From assembly GCF_009914755.1 (NCBI RefSeq), contig NC_060939.1: a DNA stretch of 64,000 nucleotides; one strand, given 5' to 3'. This stretch comes from the human T2T-CHM13v2.0 reference genome, Homo sapiens. Position numbers and translations under genes: made by a program. The notes beneath the pieces are model-generated. The model searched no databases. It saw only the letters and a list, made by a program, of their open reading frames with translations, and was not told where the DNA came from. Position 1 is the stretch's first letter. Each line of letters opens with the position of its first letter. Below, one piece after another: positions 38,926 to 54,028 of the stretch.

Positions 38926-40305
38926 GGGTTTCTTCTGCGTGTAGTAGCCCTTGGCTGGTGTGTGTGTGTGATTTTTTGGTTCTGTTTTTTTGGGTTTTTT
39001 TTGTTTGTTTTTTGTTTCTTTTACTATTGCCCTGATCATTTTCATTATTTCTTTGACATTTATGCTTCCAGTGTCTTTCCTTTTGCACCATGCACATTAA
39101 TCTCTCTCTAGCCTCGGCTGGCCTTCACACTCCTGTCCAGACTAGCCTTTTTCATGACTACGTTCACGCCCGCGTCCATGCCTCCTTGTAAAGCCAGCTC
39201 CTCTTCCCGGAAGGGCTGCTGCTAGTAAGTTAGCCTTTCTTAAGCCTGTGATCAGCCTTTTCCTTTGCCTCCTCATCTCGGTTAATGAACACCTTGGTTG
39301 TCACTTTAATAAGCTGAGTAGCATTCACGCCTACGGAGCTTGTAACTTCTGCAATTTATGCCTGATATCTCCTTGGGTCTGCCTTACAAGTGCTGGATTC
39401 ACCCTGCACTGATTTTTGAGTAGCCTCAGGGTTAAACGGAGTGTACAATAAAAATGCCTCACAAAGTCTTTCATAGAACTTGCTGTGCTTTTATCTGCAC
39501 CCTGAAGCATGTCTGAGATTTTTTAAAATATTGATTGCCTTTTTCTTTTACCATCCTTTAGCCTTTGCAGATGGGCTTCTCGGCACCTTTGCAGGTGCTG
39601 AATCTGGACTGCATCATCTGGGTCTTAGTGGGGGTCCTCCTGTCCTCTTAAGAGGCATGAGCATATCTTATGCACGACCAGACCTGAGACGGCCTGCCTG
39701 ATTTTCGCTCTCATTTCACCTTCTCGGGTGAGACTGGCAGCATGTATCCATTTGAACTTAACTCCTTAGGGACAGTTACCTTGGTAAAGGGGGTAGATTG
39801 GAATGTAAGGAGGAGCGGTCTCTATTCTTTTCTGTGGTTGTGACAAAACCGGTTTTTCTGCCTTTTCTGAGATTTTTTCATTTGTCTTCAGTTGCTGGGG
39901 CAGCTGATTTTACTTTCACTTTTGGCTGGGAGGTGCTACAAGCCTCTGTGTCTCCTTTTAACTCTGTAGCTGCCAGAGCAGCTGATTTTCTCTTGCCGTG
40001 AGCTGCGAGCATTCTACAGTAAACTGCTAGGCAGGGCTGCATTCATTTAGCCATGAGTCAATATAAAGACTAGGTCTGAATGTCCTGGCTGTTCTCTGAC
40101 CCTAGTCACCACCTTAAAACACACGGCCAATTTTTCTATAGTGCCTTTGGCAAGCCATCTGACACTAAAACAGGGCTATTCTAATTCACAGTATGTCCTT
40201 AACTTTTGAACACTCAGTTTCATCCTATAATCACCTCTAACTCTTTTTTTAAAATTCTTTATTATGCTTTTCAAAGGAGCCACTTTTGATGTTTTCACTC
40301 TCATT
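38926..40305 (-). pseudogene. gag: Disrupted gag (MA to NC zinc knuckle)
   Basis: Minus strand from about 40305 reads MRVKTSKVAPLKSIIKNFKK..GDY..QKLRTYCELE; CCHC-knuckle remnant near 39050-39100. Confidence 0.8.
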
Positions 40306-40561
40306 TCCTCTCTTGCAGTTCACTTTCACTCTGACTTTCACTCTTGAGTCCACCAGACCTGGTCCTATTGCGGGAGTTTCAGATGCTGCTTAGCCAGGAC
40401 CATGCCTTCCCCTGTCGCAGACTGCTGCAGCTGTAAAGCTGGTACTATCAGCCATATGAAGCATCTTAGGTCTGATTTTCCCCACATTCGCCTCAGAGCA
40501 CACAGCCACCACTAAGGGATCTGTGCCTCCCCATGTCGCTGCCCACATTGGCCTCTCCCAA

Positions 40562-41003
40562 TGTAACAGGAAGAGCGGCAGACAAAACCCCTTGGACACT
40601 GAGTTAAAGAAAGAAGGTGTTTATTCACCTGGGAGCTTCAGCAAGACTTCTTTCCCAAGAGCTGAACCCTCCGAGTGAGCAATTCCTGTCCCTTTTAAGG
40701 GCTCACAACTCTAAGGGGGTCCGCATGAGAGGGTCACGATCTATTGAGCAAGCAGTGGGTATGTGACTGGGGGCTGCATACACTGGTAATTAGAAAGGTA
40801 CTGAACAGGACAGGGATCTTCACAGTGCATTTTTTATGCAAATAACCGATTAGGTCAGGGGTTGACCTTTAACTACCAGGCCCAGGGTGTGGCGCTGGGC
40901 TGTCTGCTTGTGGATTTCATTTCTGCCTTCTAGTTTTTACTTCTTCTTTCTTTGGAGGCAGAAATTGGGTATAAGACAATATGAGGTTTGGTCTCCTCCC
41001 TTA
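40562..41003 (-). mobile_element. LTR2B-like (HERV-E/Harlequin) 3' LTR
   Basis: Reverse complement starts TAAGGGAGGAGACCA..CATATTGTCTTAT..TTTCTGCCTCCAAAGAAAGAAGAAGTAAAAACT; PPT at 41004-41012. Confidence 0.88.
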
Positions 41004-41034
41004 TTTTCCCCCTTTGAGACTCTCACTCATTTTA

Positions 41035-41390
41035 TTAGTGGGAGTTCTCACCTTCTTCCTCACTACCTATGTCTTCCTCTATCACAGATTGATAGTGATT
41101 CATGTAGTACACTCGTGCTGAAGCGTTCTGGTGAACTAGAGTTGCCATGAAAACTTTTACCACTTGAATGAGTACAGCTAGTAAGCAAGAGATCAGTAAG
41201 CAGGTTCCTATTACTACTATAGTTTCCATTATAAGAGTTTTAAATCCTTCTAGTGCCGGGAACCATTTTCAAACATGGCCTCAGTGTCAAATCGGTGCCA
41301 CACTTGTACTGGCACATGTGCCAGTTTCATCATGTCTTTAACTATATCTTCGACTACTTGCCCCTGATCATCTATGTGCAGACAGCAAGT
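41035..41390 (-). pseudogene. env: HERV-E-type env TM C-terminal remnant
   Basis: CCLHIDDQGQVVEDIVKDMMKLAHVPVQVW and ATLVHQNASARVYYMNHYQS..ENSH*. Confidence 0.88.
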
Positions 41391-41709
41391 GGGCCTAATT
41401 ACAGTCACTAAATTGGGCCTAATTACAGTCATAATCAATTTACTAAAATAACCAGACAGCAAGACAGGTTTCCAAACATTGGCAAATGTTTCAGGGAGAA
41501 AAAAATGCCCCACTAGAGAAGCATGGTTGTATCTCTGTGTGTACATACACACGGGGCCAGGCAGTTCTATGCATGATAGTCTGGGACTGTAAAAGTGACT
41601 ATGCAAACCTTTACATTCTGTCACAGAACTTACAATTTAAAGTGAGCATCTTTTTCTGTGACTTAGAAATTGACTTTTTTTTTTTTAGTTGGGAGCCACT
41701 TTTAGCAAT

Positions 41710-41980
41710 TTTCCCTTTGTTGATACATAATAATAGTATATATTTGTGGTGCATGAGTGATATTTTGATACATGCATGCAATGTACAGTGATCAAATCAG
41801 GGTAATTAGAATATCCATCACCTCAAACATGGATATTATTTTCTTTGTGTTTGAAAAATTTCCTTTGTGTTGGGAGAATTTAAAGCCATCTCTTCTATCT
41901 ATTTTAAAATATATTAAAAATTAGTGCTAACTGTAGTTATCCTACTGTGCTGTCAGACACTAGAAATTATTCCTCCTATG
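41710..41980 (-). mobile_element. L1MA 3' end fragment
   Basis: gatattttgatacatgcatgcaatgt..gatcaaatcagggtaatt..atccatcacctcaaaca. Confidence 0.8.
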
Positions 41981-42540
41981 ATAAAAAGTTTAGGCTGTAT
42001 CCCATGGGTAGTAGGACACCACATGACTGAGTGGTCATCTGGGAAATTATCTGGATGACTTTGGAACGTTCCTGGTTGAGCCAGGTGGCTGTTGCAACAA
42101 ACTGTGGGGAAGCCCCTCCCCTAATGCCCCCTAAGCCAGCTGTCACTACATGGCAGGAAACCTCCAAACCTGAGGGCCCCAGGAAACAATGACAGTCCCC
42201 ACTCACATGCAACTTGTGCTGTGCTCAGTGCCCTCCACATTGAGCCTGATCTAGCTTTACCCGAGGGCTGTGAGGTGGCACAATCAGTATCCCTTTATTT
42301 TAAAAGGCTCAGTGAAGTTTTGGGCTTAATGTGAGTGAAGTGATCCTAAAAGCTGACTCTGGGATCCCGGCTCCACCACTGACCAGTCCTGCAGGTGTCG
42401 AGAGTTGCCTCTCCTCCCCTCGATTTCATTTTGTCCTCTGTGAAGTGCAGCCGTGCTGATGACTCACATATCAGGGATACATGGGAACTGTCAATGAACA
42501 GAGTGCTCTACACAGTGCCTGGAGCTCAGAATGCAGATGA
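41980..42540. mobile_element. Degenerate L2/MIR fragments
   Basis: ggatcccggctccaccactgaccag..ctctgtgaa..cacagtgcctgg resembles MIR; 41985-42100 is L2-like. Confidence 0.45.
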
Positions 42541-43705
42541 GGGAGGAGGGTGAGCCATAATTCTGAGGGAAGTCCCAACATAATTTAGCCCTTCCATCTA
42601 GTAGCCGGGCCCCAGTACAGAGTCCTATGTCAGTGACAGGGCAAACTGAGACCAGCTCAAACACAGCCTCTTCCTCAGCAGCAGGGCCCAACTAAGGAAC
42701 TTGGTGTTTTGGTTCATTTCCTGCAGCTTCAATGTAAAGAATATTGTGAGACATTTGCTGGAACAACTGAAAATCAGAAGAAGAAGAGACAGCTCTTCTC
42801 CATCTCCCTGAGAGCTCTTCCCCAGAATGTGTTTATCCAGAGAGGAGGGGAAATATTTATTTTTCGTAAATAGTAAATGCTAGAGTCGAATATTATATGA
42901 AAATCTCATTCTACTACAAAATCGGAGTTGTGGTTGTGGTTCTTTTTATTTCACTTGTGTAAGCTTAAATGAGATACAGACTCTAACATTTCTCCTTGAA
43001 TTATGAAATCCTAAAGAGTCGGCAGCATAATGTATGAGGAAGAAGAGAAAAGCAGTCATAGTTTCTGGCTGCCGGATAAGACACCCAGGTCCATTTTTCT
43101 CAGAGCATATGTTCATTTTAATATTAACCCAAGGAAAGAGTGAAGATAGATCATTCGAACTTGCAGAATTAATAATTTGAAGGTATTTTCACAAAGCATA
43201 GCGACAGTCTTGGAAATATAGATTTCTTTAAAAAGCAGTTGCAGAGATCAGGAGGATGAATACCTTTCTATGATTTTACAAAAAATAAATCAACTTCTGC
43301 TTCACTTGCTGAGGTTTCCTCTAAGCAACTATTAGGACATTGTTGTTTTTTCTTCCAACTCTGGAGTTGCATCAGGTCTATGTGGAAAAAAACATTATAA
43401 AATAAAATGACCAAAGTCAAAAGGAGAAGGCCAGGGAAAGTCTATTGACAATGGATGCAGGGCAGAAAGGAAGCTGCATTCTCAATCTTCTTCTGGTGTC
43501 CTGTGATTGAGCCTTTACCTTAGATGTAAATCCTCCCAGAGTTTTGTCTCTTACCTTAGAATTTCTATTCTTTTTTTAAGTTAGTTTCTTATCTAGAATG
43601 AAAGAATTGTAATGCCACTTTATGGCTACACCTGGGCCTTATTCTGTAAATATTTTTACTACCTATGAGGTAAAATTCCCAGCATTAGGGCAATTCTTTA
43701 TCCAA

Positions 43706-44003
43706 TTTTTTCTTTCTGAGACAGAGTCTTGCTGTGTCACCCAGGCTGGAGTACATTGGTACAATCTTGGCTCACTGCGATCTCCACCTCCTGGGTTCAA
43801 GAGATTCTGCTGCCTCAGGCTTCTGTGTAGCTGAGATTACAGGCACCCAGCTTCATGTCCAGCTAATTTTTGTACGTTTAGTATGTTTAGTAAATTTTGT
43901 ATTTTTAGTTTCACTATGTTTGTCAGGCTGGTCTTGAACTCCTGACCTCCAATAATCTGCCCGCCTTGGCCTTCCAAAGTGCTGGAATTACAGGTGTGAA
44001 CCA
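43706..44003 (-). mobile_element. AluS
   Basis: Dimeric Alu with a rearranged mid-linker; extreme 5' end missing. Confidence 0.88.
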
Positions 44004-44149
44004 ATTCTTTTTGAGGAATAAATTACCTAAAGGTCCTCAAGCCTTTCTGTCAGGCATATCTTGGCCTTTTCTCTCTGACTGGGGTCCGATGAATCACAGG
44101 TGGGCACTATTTTTCTATATTCCCAACCAGTGATAATCCTTGCGCTCTT

Positions 44150-44600
44150 TATTTCTAATTAAAAGAAATCCAAAATGGAGATAGTTATTTGAGAGGTCTC
44201 TAAAGACAACTAGGAGGACATGAGGAGTTGAATTAATACTCATACACACCCAGGTGGAATTTTACCTGTTCGAACTGGGAAAATTACAGATGTCCTAAAA
44301 AGGCAACTGCATTTGACTTGGATTGTTTATACTGAGCCTGATCACAAACCTCCTGAAGAGAAAGCTGTGCTGAATTAAGCTGATGATTGCCTAGATACAG
44401 TCTAAGCTGGCAATCAAACATTGTCCATCATAGACTGTGCTAAAATCTTTCACTTGTGTAAACTTGCAGTAAAACTTTATAAGTCCCTCCCTAACCTCAT
44501 CTGAATGGAACATGATATAGCTTCTTGCTAAATTTGTGTCTCCCAAATAGCAATTTATAAAAAATCATGATTAAAATGCCTTTTATTTTATTTTCCACAG
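44150..44600 (+). mobile_element. Possible old ERV1 LTR
   Basis: Weak LTR-like layout (aaaatggag, TATA-like tataag, attaaa); family not identified. Confidence 0.3.
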
Positions 44601-44896
44601 GGTCTGTTTTACTCCCATGTTATAAAATGCTTTTCTCAAGAAAGCATAGAGCCCATTCTCTTCTCTAGAGAGAATCGCAGCCTTGCAAAAGAGACAACTA
44701 AAAATACATACATATAAGTAGCAAGAATTTAAAACTCAAAATATTAAATATGTTACAAAAGTATACAAGCAATAGAATAAATAGGATGAATAGCAAAATG
44801 GATAAAATCAACTGTGAGTTGAAAGCCTGAAAGTTCAGGTGAAGGTGTTGAAAATGCTTCAGAAAAAACTAAGGAGATAAATATTTATAAAAATAA

Positions 44897-45247
44897 AGAG
44901 CTGGGCTCAGTGGCTCACACTTGAAATTTCAGCTGCTAGGGATGCTGAGGCCAGAGGATCAATTAAGGCCAGAAGTTTGAGACAAGCCTAAGCAAGACCT
45001 TGTCACTGAAAATGTTTTAAAAATTATTTTGACATTATAGCATGTAACTGTGGTCTCAACTACTTAGAAGGCTGAGGCAGGAGGATTACTTGAACTCAGG
45101 AAGTTGAGGTTACAGTGAACTATAATCATGCTACCGTACTCCAGCCTGGAGTGAGGCAAAATCTAGTCACATTAAAATAAAATAAAACAAAATAAAATAA
45201 AATAAAATAAAATAAAATAAAATATAATCTAGTCACGTTAAAATAAA
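44897..45247 (+). mobile_element. AluJ with (AAAAT)n tail
   Basis: gaggcaggaggattacttgaactcaggaagttgagg (J-type); the end motif aatctagtcac.ttaaaataaa is duplicated around the pentamer tail. Confidence 0.8.
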
Positions 45248-46359
45248 GTACAATTATCAAGGACAAAAATAAAATTGTACAACTTGGCAATAGAAAAAAA
45301 ATAGAGCATAGAGCAACTGGGGGAAAGGGGGTTGAAAGTATAATTTCCTTTTTATTTCCTTAGTTGGTCATTACTTAGACTTTTTCACTTAATTAAAATT
45401 TTCTTATACTTTGGTGCCCAGTTAACCCCAGAGCATTTTTAATTAATTGGTTTAGAGGTAGATACTCATATAAGCTTTCCACTGCAAATTACAAGAGCCA
45501 AATTTTAAATAAATGTTGGACCTCTAAATTTTCTATTTGCAATATTTAAGGAAATAAAAATTATAAAAAACACTTTGTAAAACATTTAGTATGTAACTGC
45601 TGTTTCTAACGTATAATAAATCCAATTATGGCAGAGACTCACTCTGTTGTTGAGAATCTCTCCATTATATGACTGCTGCTTGTGGTGCTTAAACCTCAGG
45701 AAGAAAGAATATATGAATGTCTGAACATTGCTTTAAAAAGACAATGTACATTTAATGTAGAGATATGTGACCAGCTTAGAAAGCTGCACTTTTTCCACAG
45801 CAGGCAAACCAGAGCCTGGATACCCCAGGGTCACAGCTCATGAGAACATAGGGCTGGACTGTGAGAAAACAAGAAGCAATTAGTGCAGAGGAGTTGACAA
45901 GACACCAACTGGGCTGAGAAAAAAGAGCTGATAGATTAATTTCCAAATTATACTACAAAACATACAATAAGCAGACCCCATAGCTTTATACATTAAAACC
46001 AAATGATGACAAAGAGTGAGGATTGCATTAAATTAAATTAGGAGCAACTAAAGACTGGTTTATGATCTTGAAACTTTAGTCACTCTCCATAGTTCCATCC
46101 CATGACCCGGTAATTTTTTCCTGCTTTCTGCATGCCTTGGACACTGGTCCATTTCTGGCCCCAAAGTGTTCCTTTTTCTAATAGGAGTACTTACTTCATC
46201 TCTTAATACAATTCCTTTCCTTGCATACTGTGCCCCAAAGAAGAAATATTAAAAACTTTCCTGATGTTTTTCTGCTGCGGGGTTAATGGGCTCAGAGTGA
46301 TGATAAGAACGGCCAATGAGTGTGTGGAGCCAGATAGTGCTTAAAATATGGACTTCAGT

Positions 46360-46898
46360 CCAGTGAAGTCTAACAAGATTGGCACCTGAGCACTCTTCTC
46401 TGAGACCTGAGGATGGACTCACTGAACCTGGAGCTACTAACGCAGCTGATACCCACATATATACACCACCTGTGTTCCTAGAAACTGGCCTTCCCAGCCC
46501 ATCACAGCAAACACCAACACCAGCATGGAACGCTTGGGAGTCAGAGGTTTTTCTTGTCGTTGCTACTGCCATCATCCATGCCATAACCACTGTCCAGGGG
46601 CTCAAGAAGCTGCCCACCCACCTTGCTCACTGCTGACACCTGAGCAAATCACATGAAGGCCAAATAATTAGTCTTCCTGGACCTGTTAACACTGCTGCCA
46701 GCATAACTGCCTTGAGACCCAAAAGCAGGCATGGTAAGCTCACCACTGCCATCACTGGGATCCAATGACTAAACCTCTGGTGCCCCTATTCCCAGCAAAA
46801 CTTTACCACAGCCTCTGCTAAAAACGATACCCTAAGCCGCTGAGAAAGGTACAGACACCACTGATACTCTTTAGAGCCAAAGAAATCATATAAAGACA
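46360..46898 (+). mobile_element. Old L1 5'-region fragment (L1M2-like)
   Basis: C/A-rich repetitive phrases (cactgccatcactggg, tcccagcaaaactttaccacagcctc). Confidence 0.5.
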
Positions 46899-47183
46899 GG
46901 CCGGGTATTGTGGCTCATGCCTGTAATTCCAGCACTTTGGGAGGCCAAGGCCAGTGGCTCGCTTGAGGCTAAGAGTATGATACCAACCTGGGGAACATGG
47001 CAAAACCCTGACTCTACTAAAAACACACAAATTTGCTGGGCATAGTGGTAGGCACCTGTAATCCCAGCTACTTGGGAGACTGAGGCACGAGAATCGCCTG
47101 AACTCAGAGGTGGAGCCTACAGTGAGCCGAGATAGTGCCACTACACTCCATCCTGGGCAACAGAGCAAGGTTCTATCTTAAAA
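46899..47183 (+). mobile_element. Alu (old S/J)
   Basis: Full dimer ggccgggtattgtggctcatgcctgtaa..gggcaacagagcaag. Confidence 0.9.
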
Positions 47184-48114
47184 TATATACACATACAGAG
47201 TTTAAAGTCTGTGCTCTCCTCTCCTCAGCTGCCTTGTGACTGTGTAAGTGTATGTTTGGGAAGGGAGGGATAGGATGAGGACAGGCCAGCAGAGAGTCAC
47301 CAGCACTGGCTAAAGGTCTCAGACCAAATTTTATACTCTTGACCAGGAGAAACTTCTCTGTTATTCTAATCACATTAAACTCAAGCATTTTCTTTTTTTC
47401 TTTCTTTTTTTTGAGAAATCACATCGAACTTCCAAAATTATAAAGTTGAAAATATGTAATAATTGACAATTGGAAACAAGAAAGAGGATTAGCTATAAAA
47501 ATAACTCAGGACAATGTATTTATCATGAAAAGATGGTCTTGGTGGAAGAAAGTTTCATGCCCAGCCAGCCCATTCTTCAATATCTGCTAAAAAAAAAAAG
47601 AGCAAAGGGAACTTAAAGACATCATAGACTTGGAAATTTCGTCTCACAGTGCATTAAATTCCCAAATCACATGTGGAAGAGAAGAAGCTGCTGCATATTA
47701 GACTAACTAGTTTTACTGAATGTTGTCTGTTGATTTAAAAATTAATACTCTTATCAAGAGCAAATTGAAATACTGAAAGTTATTTACTAAACAGCAAAGA
47801 ATATTTTCAGTATATAAAAAGATTTCAAAAAACGTTGACACCTTAACTAAATCTGACACAAATTTAAAAGGAAAAGTAACTAGAAAATGAAAGAAGCGTC
47901 GTACAAGTATGCGATGCACCCTCTGTTGCACCAACTGCTCCTGTTTGTTGAGTCCCCTCTTCTATTCTGCCTCCTCCATCTCCTTGCTGATTCCCCTTTT
48001 TGTCTATTTTAATTTCTCTCTCTATTCCTTTCTCAGGTCACCATGTCACATTCCTTTTGTGTCTTTTGATGTCCAATCTCACCGACACCACCTTCATTCT
48101 CTATTTTATCTTTA

Positions 48115-49090
48115 CAAATGGTTAATTAGGCATAAAGAGGGAAAACACTCCTGGGAAGATACCTGAATCCTGGTGCACACTATCATTATCACTGTTTTTC
48201 ATGTTGATGCTCATGTGTCTCTGCTTTCTCGACAGACTATTTAATCAGCAGACAGATCAACAGGCCAAAATTTCCACCATAGTTGCAAATTTGAATGCGG
48301 ATGAATGGATTAAAACACATTCAAGTCTTGCAATGAACGGCATAATGTATGGTGGTATAATTCAGAGTGGTTACAGGGGAGAGTTAAAGGTCATTTTATA
48401 CAATATCACTCGAGAATCTTTTGCTGTAAAACTGCAGATGTGGGTTCCTCAATTTTTAGTGGTACCTTGTCAACAATTAACCCCTGAGGATGTCTCTGCC
48501 CCAACAGAGGCTACATACAGAACTGGGAGATTCAGACGCACTGGTACACGTAGCTTAAATCCTGGAGCCAAAATATGAGTACAGCGTCCATCACATCCTA
48601 CTCCTATGGCTGGTGAACTTGTAGCTATGGGAGAAGAAACTGAAGGCATAGTACAGTTTCCTAAAGATGAAAAACAATATTATGTTCCCCTCTGTTTTGG
48701 TTATTACAGAGAATAACCTGTTTACTAATGGTCAGTACCTGTGTCTCTGTGTCTGATGCCAAGAATAAATTCATCATCTGCATAGCCACCACTGCAACAG
48801 AAGCCAACTGCAGTCAATGTTGGCTATGCGTGGAATTGCCAGAGGCCACCAAAAATGGGCTACGTTGGAGAATCGTCCCTGTACCTTACTGCATACCGAA
48901 TGTTGTGTGTATATCCCTGACAATTCTCACACTACGACTCTCCTTGCACAGCCATGGTGGGTGTGGTTTTCATTAACTGTGCTTTTAATTCTCCTGTGCT
49001 TACCCTGAGTCTGTAATCTGTATCAACTATGCTTTCCCCAAGTATCTGTAAGGGTATTTTCCTACAATTGAGTATCAAATTGAAGCCAAA
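48115..49090 (+). mobile_element. Deleted class III ERV internal region: RNase H tail, dUTPase, collapsed env
   Basis: HVDAH..FNQQTDQQAK (RNase H), dUTPase motifs, CWLC at 48818-48829, CX6CC (CTLLHTECC) at 48880-48906, hydrophobic anchor, then LTR. Confidence 0.8.
48270..48578 (+). pseudogene. Retroviral dUTPase remnant
   Basis: HSSLAMNGI (motif 2), GGIIQSGYRGELKVILYN (motif 3, 48351 onward), RTGRFRRTG (motif 5); motif 1 absent and motif-3 Asp replaced. Confidence 0.85.
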
Positions 49091-49887
49091 TTTGGAAGAA
49101 AAGTTAAATATTCAATTTTATCTCAATTGAACATGGACACAAACAATGGTCACCAAGTCCCGGAACAGGTTCTGTGAGTTTCTTCAGGCGTTCATCCACC
49201 AGTGTTTCAGAGAAATTTCTATTTTAATCTGTTCCTGTATGTTAGTTATGGAAAAACAACAGACAATCGCCAAAAATTTGACATTTTTGTGGTTTTTGAG
49301 CCCAGTAGTGAAGAGTCCTCGTTACCCGGCCTTATGCCAAAGAACTCCTTACAAAAAGAGCTAGGGTCCCAGATGGCACTAGAGCTTCCTGAGACCTCTC
49401 CCCATCTCTGCAGGGATGAGGGGCCAACTCTGTAGCCCAGGCTGTTGCTTCCCGGTCTGTTGATGAATCCTCCATAGTCTGGTGAGTGTAGTGTCTGACT
49501 CTGGAGCCCAGGCTGTTGCTTCTCTGTCTGGTGATGCTTCCTCCATACTCTGTAGTCTGCTGTGTGTAAACATATGTATATATATATATATACATATATA
49601 TGTATATAATTTATACATATAACTGTAAATAAAAATAATTATATAATTATGTACATAATTATTTAAATAAATAAATGTAAATAAATACATATATAATTTT
49701 ATATATATAATATATATATTTATATATATAAAAAATATATATATTTTTTCCCTTCTCATATCAATTTACTTATCATATCATTTACTTATTATATCTGTAT
49801 TGCCATATAATTGAGACAAAAGATGTTTACCCTTAAAAGTATTGTGTGTGCCTTTTCTTCTTCCTCATGCATCTCCCATGCAGAACA
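49091..49887 (+). mobile_element. 3' LTR of the class III ERV, with internal duplication and expanded TA tract
   Basis: Matches the other two copies; ends cagaaca; about 71-bp duplication at 49427-49568; TA-rich tract at 49570-49745. Confidence 0.88.
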
Positions 49888-50028
49888 CATGCCTGACAAA
49901 TTTTTATATTTTTAGTGGAGACTGGGTTTAGCCATGTTGGCCAGGCTGATCTCAAACTCCTGACCTCAGGTGATCCTTCCATCTCGGCATCCCAAAGTGC
50001 TGAGATTATAGGCATGAAACACCCAGCC
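49888..50028 (-). mobile_element. AluS left half, truncated at the LTR
   Basis: tttttagtggagac..cctgacctcaggtgatcc..cccagcc; begins immediately after the LTR terminal CA. Confidence 0.88.
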
Positions 50029-50029
50029 A

Positions 50030-50950
50030 GGAGGAGGCATTTCTACAAAGAAAACATACAAATGGCAAACAGGCATATAAATGTTGCTAAACATCATTAA
50101 ACCTCAGAGAAATGCAAATCAGAACTACAATAAGATATTATCTCACTCCAGTTAAAATGTCTTATATCCCAAAGACAGACAATAACAAGTGCTGACGAGG
50201 ATGTGGAGAAAACTTTAGTGCACTCTTGGTGGGAATGTAAATTAGTATAACCACTATAAAAAAGTGTGGAGGTTCCTCAAAAAGCTAAAAATTGAGCTGC
50301 CACAGCTACAATGCAACCCAACAATCCCAGTGATGGGCATTGACACAAAAGAAAAAAAATCGGCTTGTTGCTGCACTGTTTACAATAGCTAAGATTTGAA
50401 AGCAAACTGTCTACAAATGAATGAATGTATAAAAAAAGTAGTACATATATACATTGGAGTAGTATTCAGCCATAAAAATGAGATTTTGTCTTTTACGACA
50501 ACATGGATAAAAGAGAAGAGTATGTTAAGTGAAATAAGCCAGGCACAGAAAGATAAACACTGTGCGTTCTCACTTATTCGTGGGATGGAAGAATTAATAC
50601 AACTGAATTCACGGACATAGAGAGCAGAAGGATGGTTTTCAGAGGCTAAGAAAGACAGTGGAGGCTGGGGGAAAGGTGGGGACAGTTAATGTGTACAAAA
50701 AAATAGAATACATAAGACATATTATTTGATAGCACAACGAGATGACTCTGGTCAATAATAATGTAATTGTACATTTTAAACTAGCTAAGAAGGAATAATC
50801 AGATTTTAACCCAAAGAATAAATGCTTGAGTGGGTGGGTATCCCATTCTCTATGATGTGATTATTATGCATTGCGAGACCGCATCAAAACATCTCATGAA
50901 CCCCATAAGTATATACACCTACAATGCATCCTCAAAAATTACAAATTAAC
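50030..50950 (+). mobile_element. L1MA 3' end
   Basis: gttaagtgaaataagccaggcacagaaagataaac and atttgatagcacaac..aaatgcttgag..atatacacctac. Confidence 0.85.
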
Positions 50951-51154
50951 TGAAGTAAATAAAATAAAACTATTTAAAAATAAAATATCATAACATTAAC
51001 TAGCCCCAGAAATATAAGATTTTAATGAAATAAAAATGCCTCTATAATAATCAAACAGTGAGAAGAAAGTCACACTTTACTCCTATTTTTGTTTCTGATC
51101 TATCTTCTATCTAGTTTCAAGTTGTAGAATTTTCTTTTTTCATTTCTAATTAAA

Positions 51155-54028
<2,874 letters not shown>

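Noticed and set aside
33800-41003. Intact provirus with paired LTRs
   Set aside because: The LTRs are unrelated, and gag, pol and env are all disrupted.
42705-42880. Possible exon after tttcctgcag acceptor
   Set aside because: No good donor and no recognisable peptide in any frame.
49379-49759. 126-aa Tyr/Ile-rich ORF
   Set aside because: Translation of a TA microsatellite inside an LTR.
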